34,038 bases of DNA from the IMG/VR virus record IMGVR_UViG_3300032312_000083, positions 1-34,038 of that record, one strand, 5' to 3'. The translations under genes and the position numbers were made by a program. The stretch comes from a virus (Duplodnaviria > Caudoviricetes). How positions within the stretch are numbered: the first letter of the stretch is position 1; every line of letters starts with the position of its first letter. Positions 17,541-26,857 of the stretch are shown here, in pieces. The notes under the pieces were generated by a model. That model was not told the origin of the DNA, searched no databases, and saw only the letters and a list, made by a program, of their open reading frames with translations.

Positions 17541-19247
17541 ATGGGTTTGGCAGCAGCAGCAGCAGTAGTTGGCACGGCAGCCATCGGCGCCGCCGTATCT
17601 AGCAGCGCATCTAAAAAAGCGGCTGCCGCGCAAATAACCGCGTCTAACACTGCAACAGCAGCGACAGAACGCGCGAATGCGCTGGCGTTAGAAGCACAAA
17701 AAACTGCGTCGGCTGAATCCATTGCAGCGGCAAGAGAAGCAGCCGCCACAGCGCAGAAAGCGCAGGATGAAGCAAACAGACAAGCGCAGAACTTGGAACG
17801 TTTGCGTTACACCGAAGCGCGGGACGCGGACGAGCGGGCGTTTAACACCGCGCAAGCAGCCGCGACTAAAGGATACGACACCGCTCAAGGCGCCTACGAT
17901 ACCTCGTATGCTAGGGCGCAAGCGGCTAGTGATTTGGGTTTCGACACCGCCCTAACCGATACCACTAGGGGTTTTGACACCGCCCTGTCCGATGTCAATA
18001 GGGGCTATAGCGAAGCCATATCTAGCGTCGATAGCGGCTACGGCACCGCCATATCTGACCTTAATAGGGGGTATGACACCGCCCTAACTGACGCCAATAG
18101 GGGTTTTGATGCAGGGCTGGCTGCTACGGAACTAGGCTATACCACCTCCAGAGGTGATCTTGAGCAAGCGTACCAGCGGCAGGGCGAATTTCAACAACCA
18201 TTTATTGACGATGGGGGCCTTGCGCGCGATCAAATTATGCAGCTTATGGGGCTGCGCGGCGATACAAACGCGGCTAATTACGGCCAGTACGCTAAGGCTT
18301 TTGGCACCGACCAGTTCCAGCAAGACCCCGGATATGCTTTCCGCCAATCAGAAGGTCTAAAGGGGCTAGAGCGGTCGGCGTCCGCGCGCGGCGGCGTATT
18401 GTCTGGCAGCGCACTAAAGAACATTCAGCGGTTCGGTCAAGACTTAGCCAGCCAAGAATATCAAAACGCGTTTAATCGCTATCAGGCTGAGCGCGAGGCG
18501 CGCCTTAATACGCTTGGCGGGTTGTCATCTATGGGCCAAGCAGCGTCAAATGTTATGACGGGCGCTGCGGGAACGCTTGGCTCAAACCTAGCGGCAGCCG
18601 CTGTGGAGCGGGCGCGGGCGGTATCTGCAAACTCTATAGGGCGCGGGGCCGCAACTGGCACTCTTGCTGTCAATCGCGGGATTGGAACGGGCAATCTTGC
18701 TGTCAATCGCGGGACCGCACTTGGCAGTCTTGCCGTCAATCGCGGGACCGCAACTGGCAACATTGCTACAAATCGCGGCGCCGCAACTAGCAACATCGCT
18801 ACAAATCGCGGCGCGACAACAGCGTCAAATCTTTTGAACCTTGGCGAAGCGACCGCCGGGATCGGTTTGGCGCGCGGTAGTACAGAAGCCACAAATGCGT
18901 TAAACCGCGGCGCGGCGACCAAAGCAAACGATGCAGCGTATTACGGCACAACAGCCGGTCTTGAGTTAGACCGAGCCACGAACACCGCAAATAATGCGTT
19001 CTATGTTTCAGACGCAGCACAACGCGGCGCAGCAAACATAGGCAACGCTGCGTCAGCAAGCGCGTACAATACCGGTAACGCGTTAGCCAACAACGCGATA
19101 AACACAGGTAACGCCCGCGCGTCAGGCTATGCAGGAACAGCTAACGCGTTAACAAATGCTTTGGGCCAGATAAGCGGGTATGTGACTAACGCACCTATCA
19201 ACAACGCGATAATGGGTTATTACAACCGCACCAAACCTGTTGCTTAA
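17541..19247 (+). CDS. DNA ejection/pilot protein (P22 gp7-like position) with 11-aa repeats
   Basis: Ala-rich hydrophobic N-terminus; FQQDPGYAFRQSEG...SASARGGVLSG...GQDLASQEYQNAFNR core. Confidence 0.8.
   Translation: MGLAAAAAVVGTAAIGAAVSSSASKKAAAAQITASNTATAATERANALALEAQKTASAESIAAAREAAATAQKAQDEANRQAQNLERLRYTEARDADERAFNTAQAAATKGYDTAQGAYDTSYARAQAASDLGFDTALTDTTRGFDTALSDVNRGYSEAISSVDSGYGTAISDLNRGYDTALTDANRGFDAGLAATELGYTTSRGDLEQAYQRQGEFQQPFIDDGGLARDQIMQLMGLRGDTNAANYGQYAKAFGTDQFQQDPGYAFRQSEGLKGLERSASARGGVLSGSALKNIQRFGQDLASQEYQNAFNRYQAEREARLNTLGGLSSMGQAASNVMTGAAGTLGSNLAAAAVERARAVSANSIGRGAATGTLAVNRGIGTGNLAVNRGTALGSLAVNRGTATGNIATNRGAATSNIATNRGATTASNLLNLGEATAGIGLARGSTEATNALNRGAATKANDAAYYGTTAGLELDRATNTANNAFYVSDAAQRGAANIGNAASASAYNTGNALANNAINTGNARASGYAGTANALTNALGQISGYVTNAPINNAIMGYYNRTKPVA
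17871..18167 (+). repeat. 33-bp / 11-aa coding tandem repeat (G[YF]DTALxDxNR)
   Basis: Nine in-phase units starting at 17871, 17904, 17937, 17970, 18003, 18036, 18069, 18102 and 18135. Confidence 0.85.
18642..18938 (+). repeat. 33-bp / 11-aa coding tandem repeat (RGxATGNLAVN)
   Basis: Nine in-phase units from 18642 in 33-nt steps; CTTGCYGTCAATCGCGGG recurs at DNA level. Confidence 0.85.
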
Positions 19248-19261
19248 AAAGGTTTATTGAT

Positions 19262-20992
19262 ATGCCAAACCAAATGATGCCTAAGATAAACTTGCTCCAG
19301 ATGCCTGATCCGGCTGCGCGGACAGCGAAATTCGTTAACATGATGAACACGACGAAGCAGCAGGAAGCGGCTGAACAGACATTAAAGTTGCAGCAAGAGC
19401 GCGCCGCGCGCGAAGAAGCGTTGCAAGCACCCGCTTTGGCCACTGCAAAGACAGAAGCTGACATTAAAAAATTAGATTTTATAATGCAGTTCTATAAAAA
19501 TACGGCTAGTGATATTGCCAACTCAAGCACACCCGATGAAGTTGTAGCGCGTGCCGAGCGGTTAAAGCAACAGTTCCCCGTCCCTGAGCTTCAAGCGCGG
19601 ATAGATGAAACAGTAAATAACTTAGTGAGCGACCCTAGCCGGTTTGAGGAAAACCGTAAGCGGATACTTACGCGCACTTTAGACGCTAAGGATCAGTTTG
19701 CTGTAAACCACAGCGACATCTTTGATGCCGACGGAAACCTATACATTAAGGAAACAAGCCCTACAGGTTCTTTCTCAACTAGAATAATGCCCGGCGTTGT
19801 AACCGGCCCTGCAAACACTGGTGCAGCGCCTGCGCCCGCACCTAGGACGCCAACCGCACTACAGGCAGCGGCACCTAATCCTTTTGCGCCCGGTTACAAG
19901 CCGAATAGCGCCGCAGCGCCCGTTAACTCGCTTTCGCTGGTTGTAGATTCCGCGCTGGAAACTGGCGTTATGGCGAAGGCCGACTTTGATAAGCTGGTTA
20001 GTATTGCTCAACCCGGAAGCGGACCAAAGCTAGAGGCTTGGGCGCGTCAACATAATATAACTATTGCGCCAAACGCCCCCGGCGTCACCGACAATCAGGT
20101 CCGCGGCGCACCCGCAACCTTGCCTGACCAAATGGCTGTCTCGCCAATGTCGTATGACGGCAAGACACCTCCAGCAGATTTTGCTGTTTACCGCGGGCAA
20201 CCCATGCCATCGCAAACCGCTGGCCTAGCCGGCGCACCGCCAATGCAGAATACAATGGCGCAGTATCAGGTCGGCCAGCAGATTAAAGGCAAGAACCCTA
20301 GCCTGTCGCCGTACCCCGGATCGGCGCAAGTTCCTATATCACGCGTCGCGGCAGAAGCCCAAGCGGGGCGCGAGTCGCCCGCAGAAGCAGCAACTAAAGC
20401 AACAGCAGTAGCTAGGGCTAACGCGGCTGTTGAAACCGAAAAGAAGGCCGCTGAAAAGCTACCGGGTCGCAAACAAGTAAGCACAATAATTAATAAAGTC
20501 CGCGCAGCTTATGAAGCGTTGGATAAAGCCGAAGCTATTCCATCAGAAACCCGCGGTGGTTTTGCCAACGCAATGGATTATTTTGCTTCGTCAACCCTTG
20601 GCCGCGAAGCACAAAAGATGGTCGGCACAAAATCGTCTAAATATCTGTCAGAGATTATCAACTCGCGTAAGCTGTTGGCGACCGCTATTAAAAACGCGAC
20701 AAATATGTCCGCGCAAGAAATGAACTCAAACGTAGAACTTCAGTTGACGTTGGACGCACTGACCGACCCTACGCAGGGCATTGAAGCGGCGCGTAACACT
20801 CTGAACACCTTAGAAGAACTGTACGGCGCACCGCGTACTGCTGCTCCCGCCGCTCCCCGCGCCGCAGCTAAGACGCCTGTAATACCTGACGCGGCAAAGC
20901 AGATGCTTCGTAAGAATCCTTCGCCGCAGCAGCGCGCGTTTTTTGACCGCACATTTGGTAAGGGCGCCGCAGCAAAAGTGTTAGGACGGTAA
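19262..20992 (+). CDS. Internal virion / DNA ejection protein
   Basis: 576 aa, helical with Pro/Ala-rich linkers; second of three large genes after the tail genes. Confidence 0.65.
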   Translation: MPNQMMPKINLLQMPDPAARTAKFVNMMNTTKQQEAAEQTLKLQQERAAREEALQAPALATAKTEADIKKLDFIMQFYKNTASDIANSSTPDEVVARAERLKQQFPVPELQARIDETVNNLVSDPSRFEENRKRILTRTLDAKDQFAVNHSDIFDADGNLYIKETSPTGSFSTRIMPGVVTGPANTGAAPAPAPRTPTALQAAAPNPFAPGYKPNSAAAPVNSLSLVVDSALETGVMAKADFDKLVSIAQPGSGPKLEAWARQHNITIAPNAPGVTDNQVRGAPATLPDQMAVSPMSYDGKTPPADFAVYRGQPMPSQTAGLAGAPPMQNTMAQYQVGQQIKGKNPSLSPYPGSAQVPISRVAAEAQAGRESPAEAATKATAVARANAAVETEKKAAEKLPGRKQVSTIINKVRAAYEALDKAEAIPSETRGGFANAMDYFASSTLGREAQKMVGTKSSKYLSEIINSRKLLATAIKNATNMSAQEMNSNVELQLTLDALTDPTQGIEAARNTLNTLEELYGAPRTAAPAAPRAAAKTPVIPDAAKQMLRKNPSPQQRAFFDRTFGKGAAAKVLGR

Positions 20993-22621
20993 ATGGCAAA
21001 AGAAGAACCAAATCCGTTTGCCCAGTTTAAGGCGCCCCCTGCTGCCAAAGTTAAGGTAGAAGCAAATCCGTTTGAGCAGTTTAAGCCCGCTAAAGTTAAG
21101 CGTGAGCGCACGGGCATGGACAAGGCTACGCAAATAGCCGGCGTTACCACAGACGCGTTTCTGCCTTACGCAACCGCGGCTGGGCTTGGCGCGTTGGCTA
21201 CTGGTGTCCCTACTGGTGGGCTTGGCGCACCGTTTGGTGCGGGTGCGGGTATGCTGGCGTTAGGCGTTGGCGACCTTGGCACAAGCGTATATAACTTAGG
21301 TGCATCGCTGTTCGACGGCGAACGTATGCAGTTGCCATCGGAGACTATCAGCAAAGCATACAGGGGCGTCGGCATTGGCCGCGCGCCAGAGACAACTGGC
21401 GAACGCGTTTACAGCGACACTCTAAAAGCAGCCGTCAGCGGAGGCGGTCAAGCTAAAGGTTTTCAACTTGCAGAGAGCGCAGCTACATCGCCGCAGACGC
21501 GTAACTTTATGAATATGATGGGCCAGAACACCCGCGGACAGGTCGGCGCAGGCGTCGGCGCCGCCGGCGCGCCGTCTGTCGCAACGAACTATTTTGATGT
21601 TACAAACCCATATGCGTTGATGGCGTTATCTGTGCCGGGTGCTGTTGTCGGCAGTAAAACGGCCACGCCTAGTGTAAAGCCTGTAACGGCGGCTGCACTA
21701 AAGGATGAATCCAGTAAGCTATACCGTGCAATGGAAGCGGAGAACGTAAACATTGCACCGCAAGCAATGGTTGACTTGGACGCTACAGTACGCACAAAAT
21801 TAGGCGATATGCGGTATGACCCAGATACGGATAAGTTAGTTAACCAAGCGTTAGACCTGTTCGGTAAAAAATCTGGCAAGCCCATGTCGTTTGAAATGCT
21901 GGAAGAGTTTAGAAAATCTATCCGCGATCTTCCTTACACACAGAGCGGCGCTGGTCGCGGCACACCTAAAGAACGCGCGATAATCGCGGCGCTTGATGAC
22001 ACCATAGATGAATACATGGATAGTTTGACGCCCGCTCAAGTAACATCTGGCGACCCTGCCGCTGCGACTGCGTTTCTTAAACAGGCCCGCGACGTCCGCG
22101 CAAGAGGCTATCGGACTGAAACGTTAGAGAACGCGTTTACACGAGCAACAGCTACCTCCGAGGCACTAAACTCTAACAAATCGTTCCCGCAGGCGCTTCG
22201 GGATGAGTTTGGTAAGATAGCCAAAGACCCGCGTAAGCTGTCAAAGTTTGACAAACCAACGCAGGGGCTAATCAAACAGGTTGCGAATGGAACGGCCACG
22301 CAAAAAGTTTTGGCGGGGCTTGGGAAGTTTTCGCCCAGCGCAACTTTGTTTGGTATGAAAAATCTTGGTTACGGCGGCGCCGGCTATTTAGCGCCAATAA
22401 CTACAGCCACCGTCGCTGGCGTTACATCAACGGCAAAAGGCGCGGCAAACCGCATGACGCGCAATCAAGGAAACCGTGCATTAATCAGCGCCGCGCAGCC
22501 CGGTGGTAATATAAAAGCAGGCAAACCGGGCTACTTTGTGGCTTCGCAAGCCGTACAACAAAACGTATTAGCGCAAGAACGGGCTAAGAAAGCGGCAGAA
22601 CGTCGCCGGCTTGGCTTTTAA
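20993..22621 (+). CDS. Internal virion / DNA ejection protein
   Basis: 542 aa with Gly/Ala hydrophobic segments; last large gene before lysis. Confidence 0.65.
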   Translation: MAKEEPNPFAQFKAPPAAKVKVEANPFEQFKPAKVKRERTGMDKATQIAGVTTDAFLPYATAAGLGALATGVPTGGLGAPFGAGAGMLALGVGDLGTSVYNLGASLFDGERMQLPSETISKAYRGVGIGRAPETTGERVYSDTLKAAVSGGGQAKGFQLAESAATSPQTRNFMNMMGQNTRGQVGAGVGAAGAPSVATNYFDVTNPYALMALSVPGAVVGSKTATPSVKPVTAAALKDESSKLYRAMEAENVNIAPQAMVDLDATVRTKLGDMRYDPDTDKLVNQALDLFGKKSGKPMSFEMLEEFRKSIRDLPYTQSGAGRGTPKERAIIAALDDTIDEYMDSLTPAQVTSGDPAAATAFLKQARDVRARGYRTETLENAFTRATATSEALNSNKSFPQALRDEFGKIAKDPRKLSKFDKPTQGLIKQVANGTATQKVLAGLGKFSPSATLFGMKNLGYGGAGYLAPITTATVAGVTSTAKGAANRMTRNQGNRALISAAQPGGNIKAGKPGYFVASQAVQQNVLAQERAKKAAERRRLGF

Positions 22622-22637
22622 TTAGGAAGTATCTCCC

Positions 22638-22808
22638 ATGGCTACTATCGACGAAACCCAAGCGCAACTCAACACACACGAACAGGTCTGCGCGTTCCGG
22701 TACGAAAGTATCTGTGCGCGGATGAAGCGTCTGGAAAGCGTCGGTATGACCGCGGCGGGTACAATCATTATGCTGTTGGTTGGCATACTGATGCGAGGAA
22801 CCTTATGA
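22638..22808 (+). CDS. Small membrane protein, 56 aa (HEQVCAFRY, C-terminal TM; XhlA/holin-like); not in the ORF track
   Basis: SD AGGAAG; MATIDETQAQLNTHEQVCAFRYESICARMKRLESVGMTAAGTIIMLLVGILMRGTL; ATGA overlap with the endolysin. Confidence 0.75.
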   Translation: MATIDETQAQLNTHEQVCAFRYESICARMKRLESVGMTAAGTIIMLLVGILMRGTL

Positions 22809-23197
22809 CTATAATCTTAGGCCAGCGCAGCCTGTCACGGCTGGAAGGCGTGCATCCTGATCTGGTGCGTGTGGTCAAGAAGGCGGCTGTACTGTCAGAC
22901 CTTGACTTTACAGTGTTAGAAGGCTTACGTACCGTCGAACGCCAGAAGCAATTGGTTGCCCAAGGCGCATCAAAGACGATGAACTCACGCCACATCACTG
23001 GTCACGCTGTCGATTTGGCGCCCATGATTGGCGGCAAAGTACGCTGGGATTGGCCGCTGTATCACAAGCTGGCTAAAGTAATTAAATCCGCTGCGGCGGA
23101 TGAGAAAGTCCCGCTCCAATGGGGCGGCGATTGGCGCGCGTTCAAGGACGGCCCGCATTGGGAACTGCCTTGGGCGTTTTATCCGAAGGGGAAATAA
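22805..23197 (+). CDS. Endolysin, M15-family Zn peptidase (L-Ala-D-Glu type)
   Basis: EGLRT..RQ, SRHITGHAVD, WGGDW..FKDGPHWEL. Confidence 0.92.
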   Translation: MTIILGQRSLSRLEGVHPDLVRVVKKAAVLSDLDFTVLEGLRTVERQKQLVAQGASKTMNSRHITGHAVDLAPMIGGKVRWDWPLYHKLAKVIKSAAADEKVPLQWGGDWRAFKDGPHWELPWAFYPKGK

Positions 23198-23198
23198 C

Positions 23199-23375
23199 AT
23201 GGAAATCGTATCTTGGTTAGTAAACCGCTTGAAAGAGCCGAGTACTTACGCTGGGTTCGCCGGCATTGCGCTGGCGTTTGGCCTGTCTGACGCTGAGTGG
23301 GCTACCGTTTCTACAGCGGTAGCTGGTTTGGCAGGCGTTGTCGCTATGTTCCTAGCTGAAAAACCAGCAGCATAA
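23199..23375 (+). CDS. Putative holin
   Basis: 58 aa, RLKEPSTYAG followed by two hydrophobic segments; ATG 23199 after AAGGGG. Confidence 0.7.
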   Translation: MEIVSWLVNRLKEPSTYAGFAGIALAFGLSDAEWATVSTAVAGLAGVVAMFLAEKPAA

Positions 23376-23587
23376 TGAAGTTCCTGTCGGCCCTGCTGGG
23401 TATCATTAACAAGCTCTTAGGGCTTTGGAATGAGAACCGTTGGAAGCAGCGGGGCCGTCAGGAAACCATTAAGGAAATGAACGATGCCATCAACGAGCAA
23501 ATCGAACTTGGTGAAGCTGCTATCAGCGTCCCTGATCCTGAGCGCACTGAGCGGCTGCGCGACCGTTTCGACCGTTCCCGTAAATAG
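23375..23587 (+). CDS. Putative i-spanin (Rz-like)
   Basis: Hydrophobic N-terminus, charged helical body; overlapped by a lipoprotein ORF in another frame. Confidence 0.65.
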   Translation: MKFLSALLGIINKLLGLWNENRWKQRGRQETIKEMNDAINEQIELGEAAISVPDPERTERLRDRFDRSRK

Positions 23588-23717
23588 CTATTGTGCTGTT
23601 GCGAAACCGATTAGTTACGATGCAACAAAAGATTCATCAGAAACTGTCAAGGAAATAGAGGCGCATAACAGCGTCTTTATTTGTGTCTGCGAAGCGGACT
23701 GCCCGAAAGGCAACTAA
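23484..23717 (+). CDS. Putative o-spanin lipoprotein (Rz1-like); start may be GTG 23511
   Basis: Signal peptide with lipobox LSGC; Cys-rich mature part; overlaps the i-spanin. Confidence 0.75.
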   Translation: MPSTSKSNLVKLLSASLILSALSGCATVSTVPVNSYCAVAKPISYDATKDSSETVKEIEAHNSVFICVCEADCPKGN

Positions 23718-24911
23718 ATGCCAGCGACTATAGCGATAGACCCAGAGTTGTACAGATACTGTACACCCCGTCAACGTGAGATGCTTGAGGCTATAGAATT
23801 ACACGGCGGCGCTAAAGCTGCGTCGATTGCGTTAGGCATTAACATCGGCGGCGCAAGCGACGCCTACCTCGCGGTCAAAAAGAAGGCGGCGTTGATGGGC
23901 TACGCTCCTGAAAACGATTTCACCCGCCCCGTGCCGCAGGGCTACGTTACCAAAGGGGTGTCAACATACTACAACTCCGAAGGCAAACCAAGCGGACAAT
24001 GGGTTAAAGCATCGCTAACGCATGAGGCGCTGATTGACGCCATGCGTGAGACTGTCAAAGGCTTCAAGGACGAGATACCACCCGCGGTATCAGTTGCTGC
24101 CCCAGCAAATACTGAAGAGCAGTTATGCAATCTGTACACGTTCACTGACTACCACCTTGGTATGCTGGCGTGGCATAAAGAAGGCGGCGCGGACTGGGAC
24201 ATCGCCACCGCGGAAAAGACTATCCTCGCCGCACTCGCCCAAATGGTTAACCAAAGCCCGCAGGCGCACACAGCAGTTCTCAATATACAAGGCGACTTCC
24301 TGCACACTGACGGCAAGACGCCAGTGACGCCTGCGTCAAAGCACGTTCTGGACGCGGACAGCCGCTTCCCCAAGATACGCCGCGCAGCAATCCGCATCAT
24401 CCGATCCTTGATGGCGGTATGTTTACAACGCCATCAAGAAGTCTATTTGATTATCGCGGAAGGCAATCATGACGAAGAGAGCGCCGGCTGGCTGGCTGAT
24501 CTGTTCGCGGTGCATTACGAAGAAGAACCGCGCGTCACTGTCAACGACAGCGTCCTGCCGTTCTACGTGTTTGAGTGGGGCAACACCATGCTGGGCGTGC
24601 ATCACGGCCACAAAGTCAAGAACGAATCACTGCCTTTACTGTTCGCCGCGCAGTTCCCTCAACAGTGGGGTCGCACGACGCGCCGTGAGATACACTGCGG
24701 CCACCGGCATCACCGCGACGAAAAAGAATATAATGGTGTGACAGTTGTGCAGCATCCAACGCTGGCGGCGCGTGATGCCTACGCTGCGCGCGGCGGCTGG
24801 ATTGCCGACCGGGCTGCATGGGCCATCACCTACCACAAAGACTACGGCGCTGTTGGCCGCGTTATGGTGACAACTGAAATGCTAGGTGCGTCTAGCCATC
24901 AGGCGGCCTAG
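23718..24911 (+). CDS. N-terminal HTH plus calcineurin-like metallophosphoesterase
   Basis: DYHLG, GDFLH, GNHD, HHGH and GHRH motifs; HTH-like N-terminus TPRQREMLEAIELHGGAKAASIALG. Confidence 0.85.
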   Translation: MPATIAIDPELYRYCTPRQREMLEAIELHGGAKAASIALGINIGGASDAYLAVKKKAALMGYAPENDFTRPVPQGYVTKGVSTYYNSEGKPSGQWVKASLTHEALIDAMRETVKGFKDEIPPAVSVAAPANTEEQLCNLYTFTDYHLGMLAWHKEGGADWDIATAEKTILAALAQMVNQSPQAHTAVLNIQGDFLHTDGKTPVTPASKHVLDADSRFPKIRRAAIRIIRSLMAVCLQRHQEVYLIIAEGNHDEESAGWLADLFAVHYEEEPRVTVNDSVLPFYVFEWGNTMLGVHHGHKVKNESLPLLFAAQFPQQWGRTTRREIHCGHRHHRDEKEYNGVTVVQHPTLAARDAYAARGGWIADRAAWAITYHKDYGAVGRVMVTTEMLGASSHQAA

Positions 24912-25013
24912 TAGTATCACCGCCTCACCTAAGTCTTCTGGTGCATGGCCTGCCCGCAGTAACGCAAGTATTTTTTCCAGCGCCTCAACGGTCGCCGCTG
25001 CGTGGTCTGTCAT
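24882..25013 (-). CDS. Hypothetical 43-aa protein (MTDHAAATVEALEKILALLRAGHAPEDLGEAVILLGRLMARRT); not in the ORF track
   Basis: ATGA coupling with the upstream gene; overlaps the 3' end of the phosphoesterase convergently by 30 nt. Confidence 0.55.
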   Translation of the reverse strand: MTDHAAATVEALEKILALLRAGHAPEDLGEAVILLGRLMARRT

Positions 25014-25201
25014 TTCTTTAGCCACACCATAATCTCCTCGCGTTCCCGCGCCGTCCGTATCGCAGAGTACCGCTGATGCAGGCGCCGCGCGATGGCTGGC
25101 CGCTTGTGCGTGTCCAGTTCAGCGTCCAGCGCCTGCTTTACTTCGGCTTCCGAAAGGTCGGACAGCACGGCAATCATCGACCGCCAGTTTAGTTTACTCA
25201 T
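25010..25201 (-). CDS. Hypothetical protein downstream of the helicase
   Basis: 63 aa, RRLHQRY...R.ARER motif; overlaps the helicase stop. Confidence 0.75.
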   Translation of the reverse strand: MSKLNWRSMIAVLSDLSEAEVKQALDAELDTHKRPAIARRLHQRYSAIRTAREREEIMVWLKK

Positions 25202-26507
25202 TTTTAAGTTCTTCCAATGCTAGGTCTGACACCGCACGCTTGTCGTGCAGCGCCGCCCATATACGTTCGTCAATACTTTTCTCTGTCAGCATCACGTACA
25301 CCCAAACGTCCTTTGTCTGACCGCTGCGGTGCAGGCGCCCGACCGTCTGTTCGTACAGTTCCAGCGACCACGGCAGCGACAGGAACACCATGTGGCATCC
25401 GCCATGCTGTAGGTTCAGCCCGTGGCCTGCTGACTTAGGGTGGGCCAACAACAACTCGACTTCGCCTGCGTTCCAGCGTTCGATGATGTTGTCATCGTCC
25501 ATCGTCTTTGCGTGCGGGAAGCGGCGCTTCAGTTCCGCCAACTCTTCTTGGTATGTATACGCTACTAGCGTATTGGCCCGCTGGTTTTCTGCCAGCAGTT
25601 CTTCCAGCCGGTCAAACTTGTGGCTGCTAAACCATATCGACCCCGGCCCAGCGTCGCGGTTGTAAACAAAGCCGGACGCCATCTGTTGCAGCTTGGTCGT
25701 TACCGCTGCTGCGTTCTGGGCTACAATCTGGTCGTTACCGAAGCGCACGACATAGTCGCGCTTCATCCTGTCGTATGGCGCGCGATCATCCAGCGGCACC
25801 CGCACCTCTGTGACATGGCACGGCGGCAGCTTGTCCTTGTACTCGCCCGGCTCCAGCACGAACGTCGCAGGGCGGATGCGCTTCATGACTTGCTCCAGCG
25901 CGCCGGCTGCTGGTACCCATTGACCAAACTCGCGGTTGGTGCAGATAAAATACTGCTGCATGAACGCACCCTTGGCGCGGCCCAGCAGTCCTTGGTCAAT
26001 TATCTTGCACTGGCCGAAGACATCTTCCAGCCCGTTTGAGGTGAACGATCCTGTCAGACCCCACCGTATCTTCATCGTAGACATAATTTTCTCCAACGCC
26101 TTATAGCGTTTGCCTGACGGGTTCTTCAACCGCGTCAGTTCGTCAAACACCACTCCATCAAAACTCGACAAGTCCTTTAGCTTGTCCAAGTTATCATAAT
26201 TGATAACCACCACACTGGCGCCACTAGCTATTGCTGCGGCGCGCTGCGCCGGCGGACCGACAGCAAGCGCAGGCTTGATGCTGGACCACTTCGGCGCTTC
26301 CACCGGCCACACGTCAGTGCAGACCCGCTTCGGCGCCACTACCAACCAACGTTTCACATGGCCGTCACGCAGCATCTCATCCATCGCCGACAAGGTGATG
26401 GCGGTCTTGCCCGCGCCGACAGGCGCAAGGATCATGGCGCGGTCACGCTCGTACAGGAACGTCGCCGCTTGCTCTTGGTATGGTCTTAGCTGAAGCGTTT
26501 GAGCCAT
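25194..26507 (-). CDS. SNF2-like superfamily 2 helicase
   Basis: LRPYQ, GAGKT, FDEL, LTGS, SAGHGLNLQ, QTVGRLHRSGQ; start set at MAQTLQ (26507). Confidence 0.92.
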   Translation of the reverse strand: MAQTLQLRPYQEQAATFLYERDRAMILAPVGAGKTAITLSAMDEMLRDGHVKRWLVVAPKRVCTDVWPVEAPKWSSIKPALAVGPPAQRAAAIASGASVVVINYDNLDKLKDLSSFDGVVFDELTRLKNPSGKRYKALEKIMSTMKIRWGLTGSFTSNGLEDVFGQCKIIDQGLLGRAKGAFMQQYFICTNREFGQWVPAAGALEQVMKRIRPATFVLEPGEYKDKLPPCHVTEVRVPLDDRAPYDRMKRDYVVRFGNDQIVAQNAAAVTTKLQQMASGFVYNRDAGPGSIWFSSHKFDRLEELLAENQRANTLVAYTYQEELAELKRRFPHAKTMDDDNIIERWNAGEVELLLAHPKSAGHGLNLQHGGCHMVFLSLPWSLELYEQTVGRLHRSGQTKDVWVYVMLTEKSIDERIWAALHDKRAVSDLALEELKNE

Positions 26508-26761
26508 GCGTCTATATCCTCTATCGACCACAGGCACGCGTAATGCTGCTTGGTGTGCGTCATTTCGTCTGCAAAGATGCGCTGCAATGCAGACAGCCGT
26601 CCGTTGGGCTGCTTGATTTCGATGAACCAAGCCTCGCCGTTAGGCATACAAGCTATGCGGTCGGCGACGCCGACTTGCGTAACGCTGCGGAACTTGTAGG
26701 CAAAACCGCCTAGCGCCCGCACACGTTTACAGAAGTATCGCTCTATTTCTTTCTCAGTCAT
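26486..26761 (-). CDS. VRR-NUC domain nuclease
   Basis: EKEIE...GVADRI...FIEIK..NGRLSALQ (PD-(D/E)xK pattern). Confidence 0.9.
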   Translation of the reverse strand: MTEKEIERYFCKRVRALGGFAYKFRSVTQVGVADRIACMPNGEAWFIEIKQPNGRLSALQRIFADEMTHTKQHYACLWSIEDIDAWLKRFS

Positions 26762-26767
26762 GCAAGA

Positions 26768-26827
26768 AGGCTACTACAAAATTTTTTGCATTTCAAGGCT
26801 TGCATCAAATTTTGTTGTGTGTATGGT
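26768..26827. promoter_or_regulatory. Back-to-back promoters of the replication module
   Basis: Minus strand TTGAAA(26796-26791)-17-TAGCCT(26773-26768); plus strand TTGCAT(26800-26805)-16-TATGGT(26822-26827). Confidence 0.55.
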
Positions 26828-26857
26828 GGGGGTCCAAACAGTAAAGTGAGGTACATT

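Noticed and set aside
17871-18938. 33-bp periodic repeats as a possible CRISPR array
   Set aside because: The units are contiguous, in frame and degenerate at codon third positions, with no unique spacers; they are protein repeats.
26508-26630. N-terminal extensions in the ORF track for the helicase, and likewise the exonuclease (26786), polymerase (28713) and holin (23100)
   Set aside because: They overlap neighbouring genes or promoters; downstream starts match the domain boundaries and, in most cases, SD positions.
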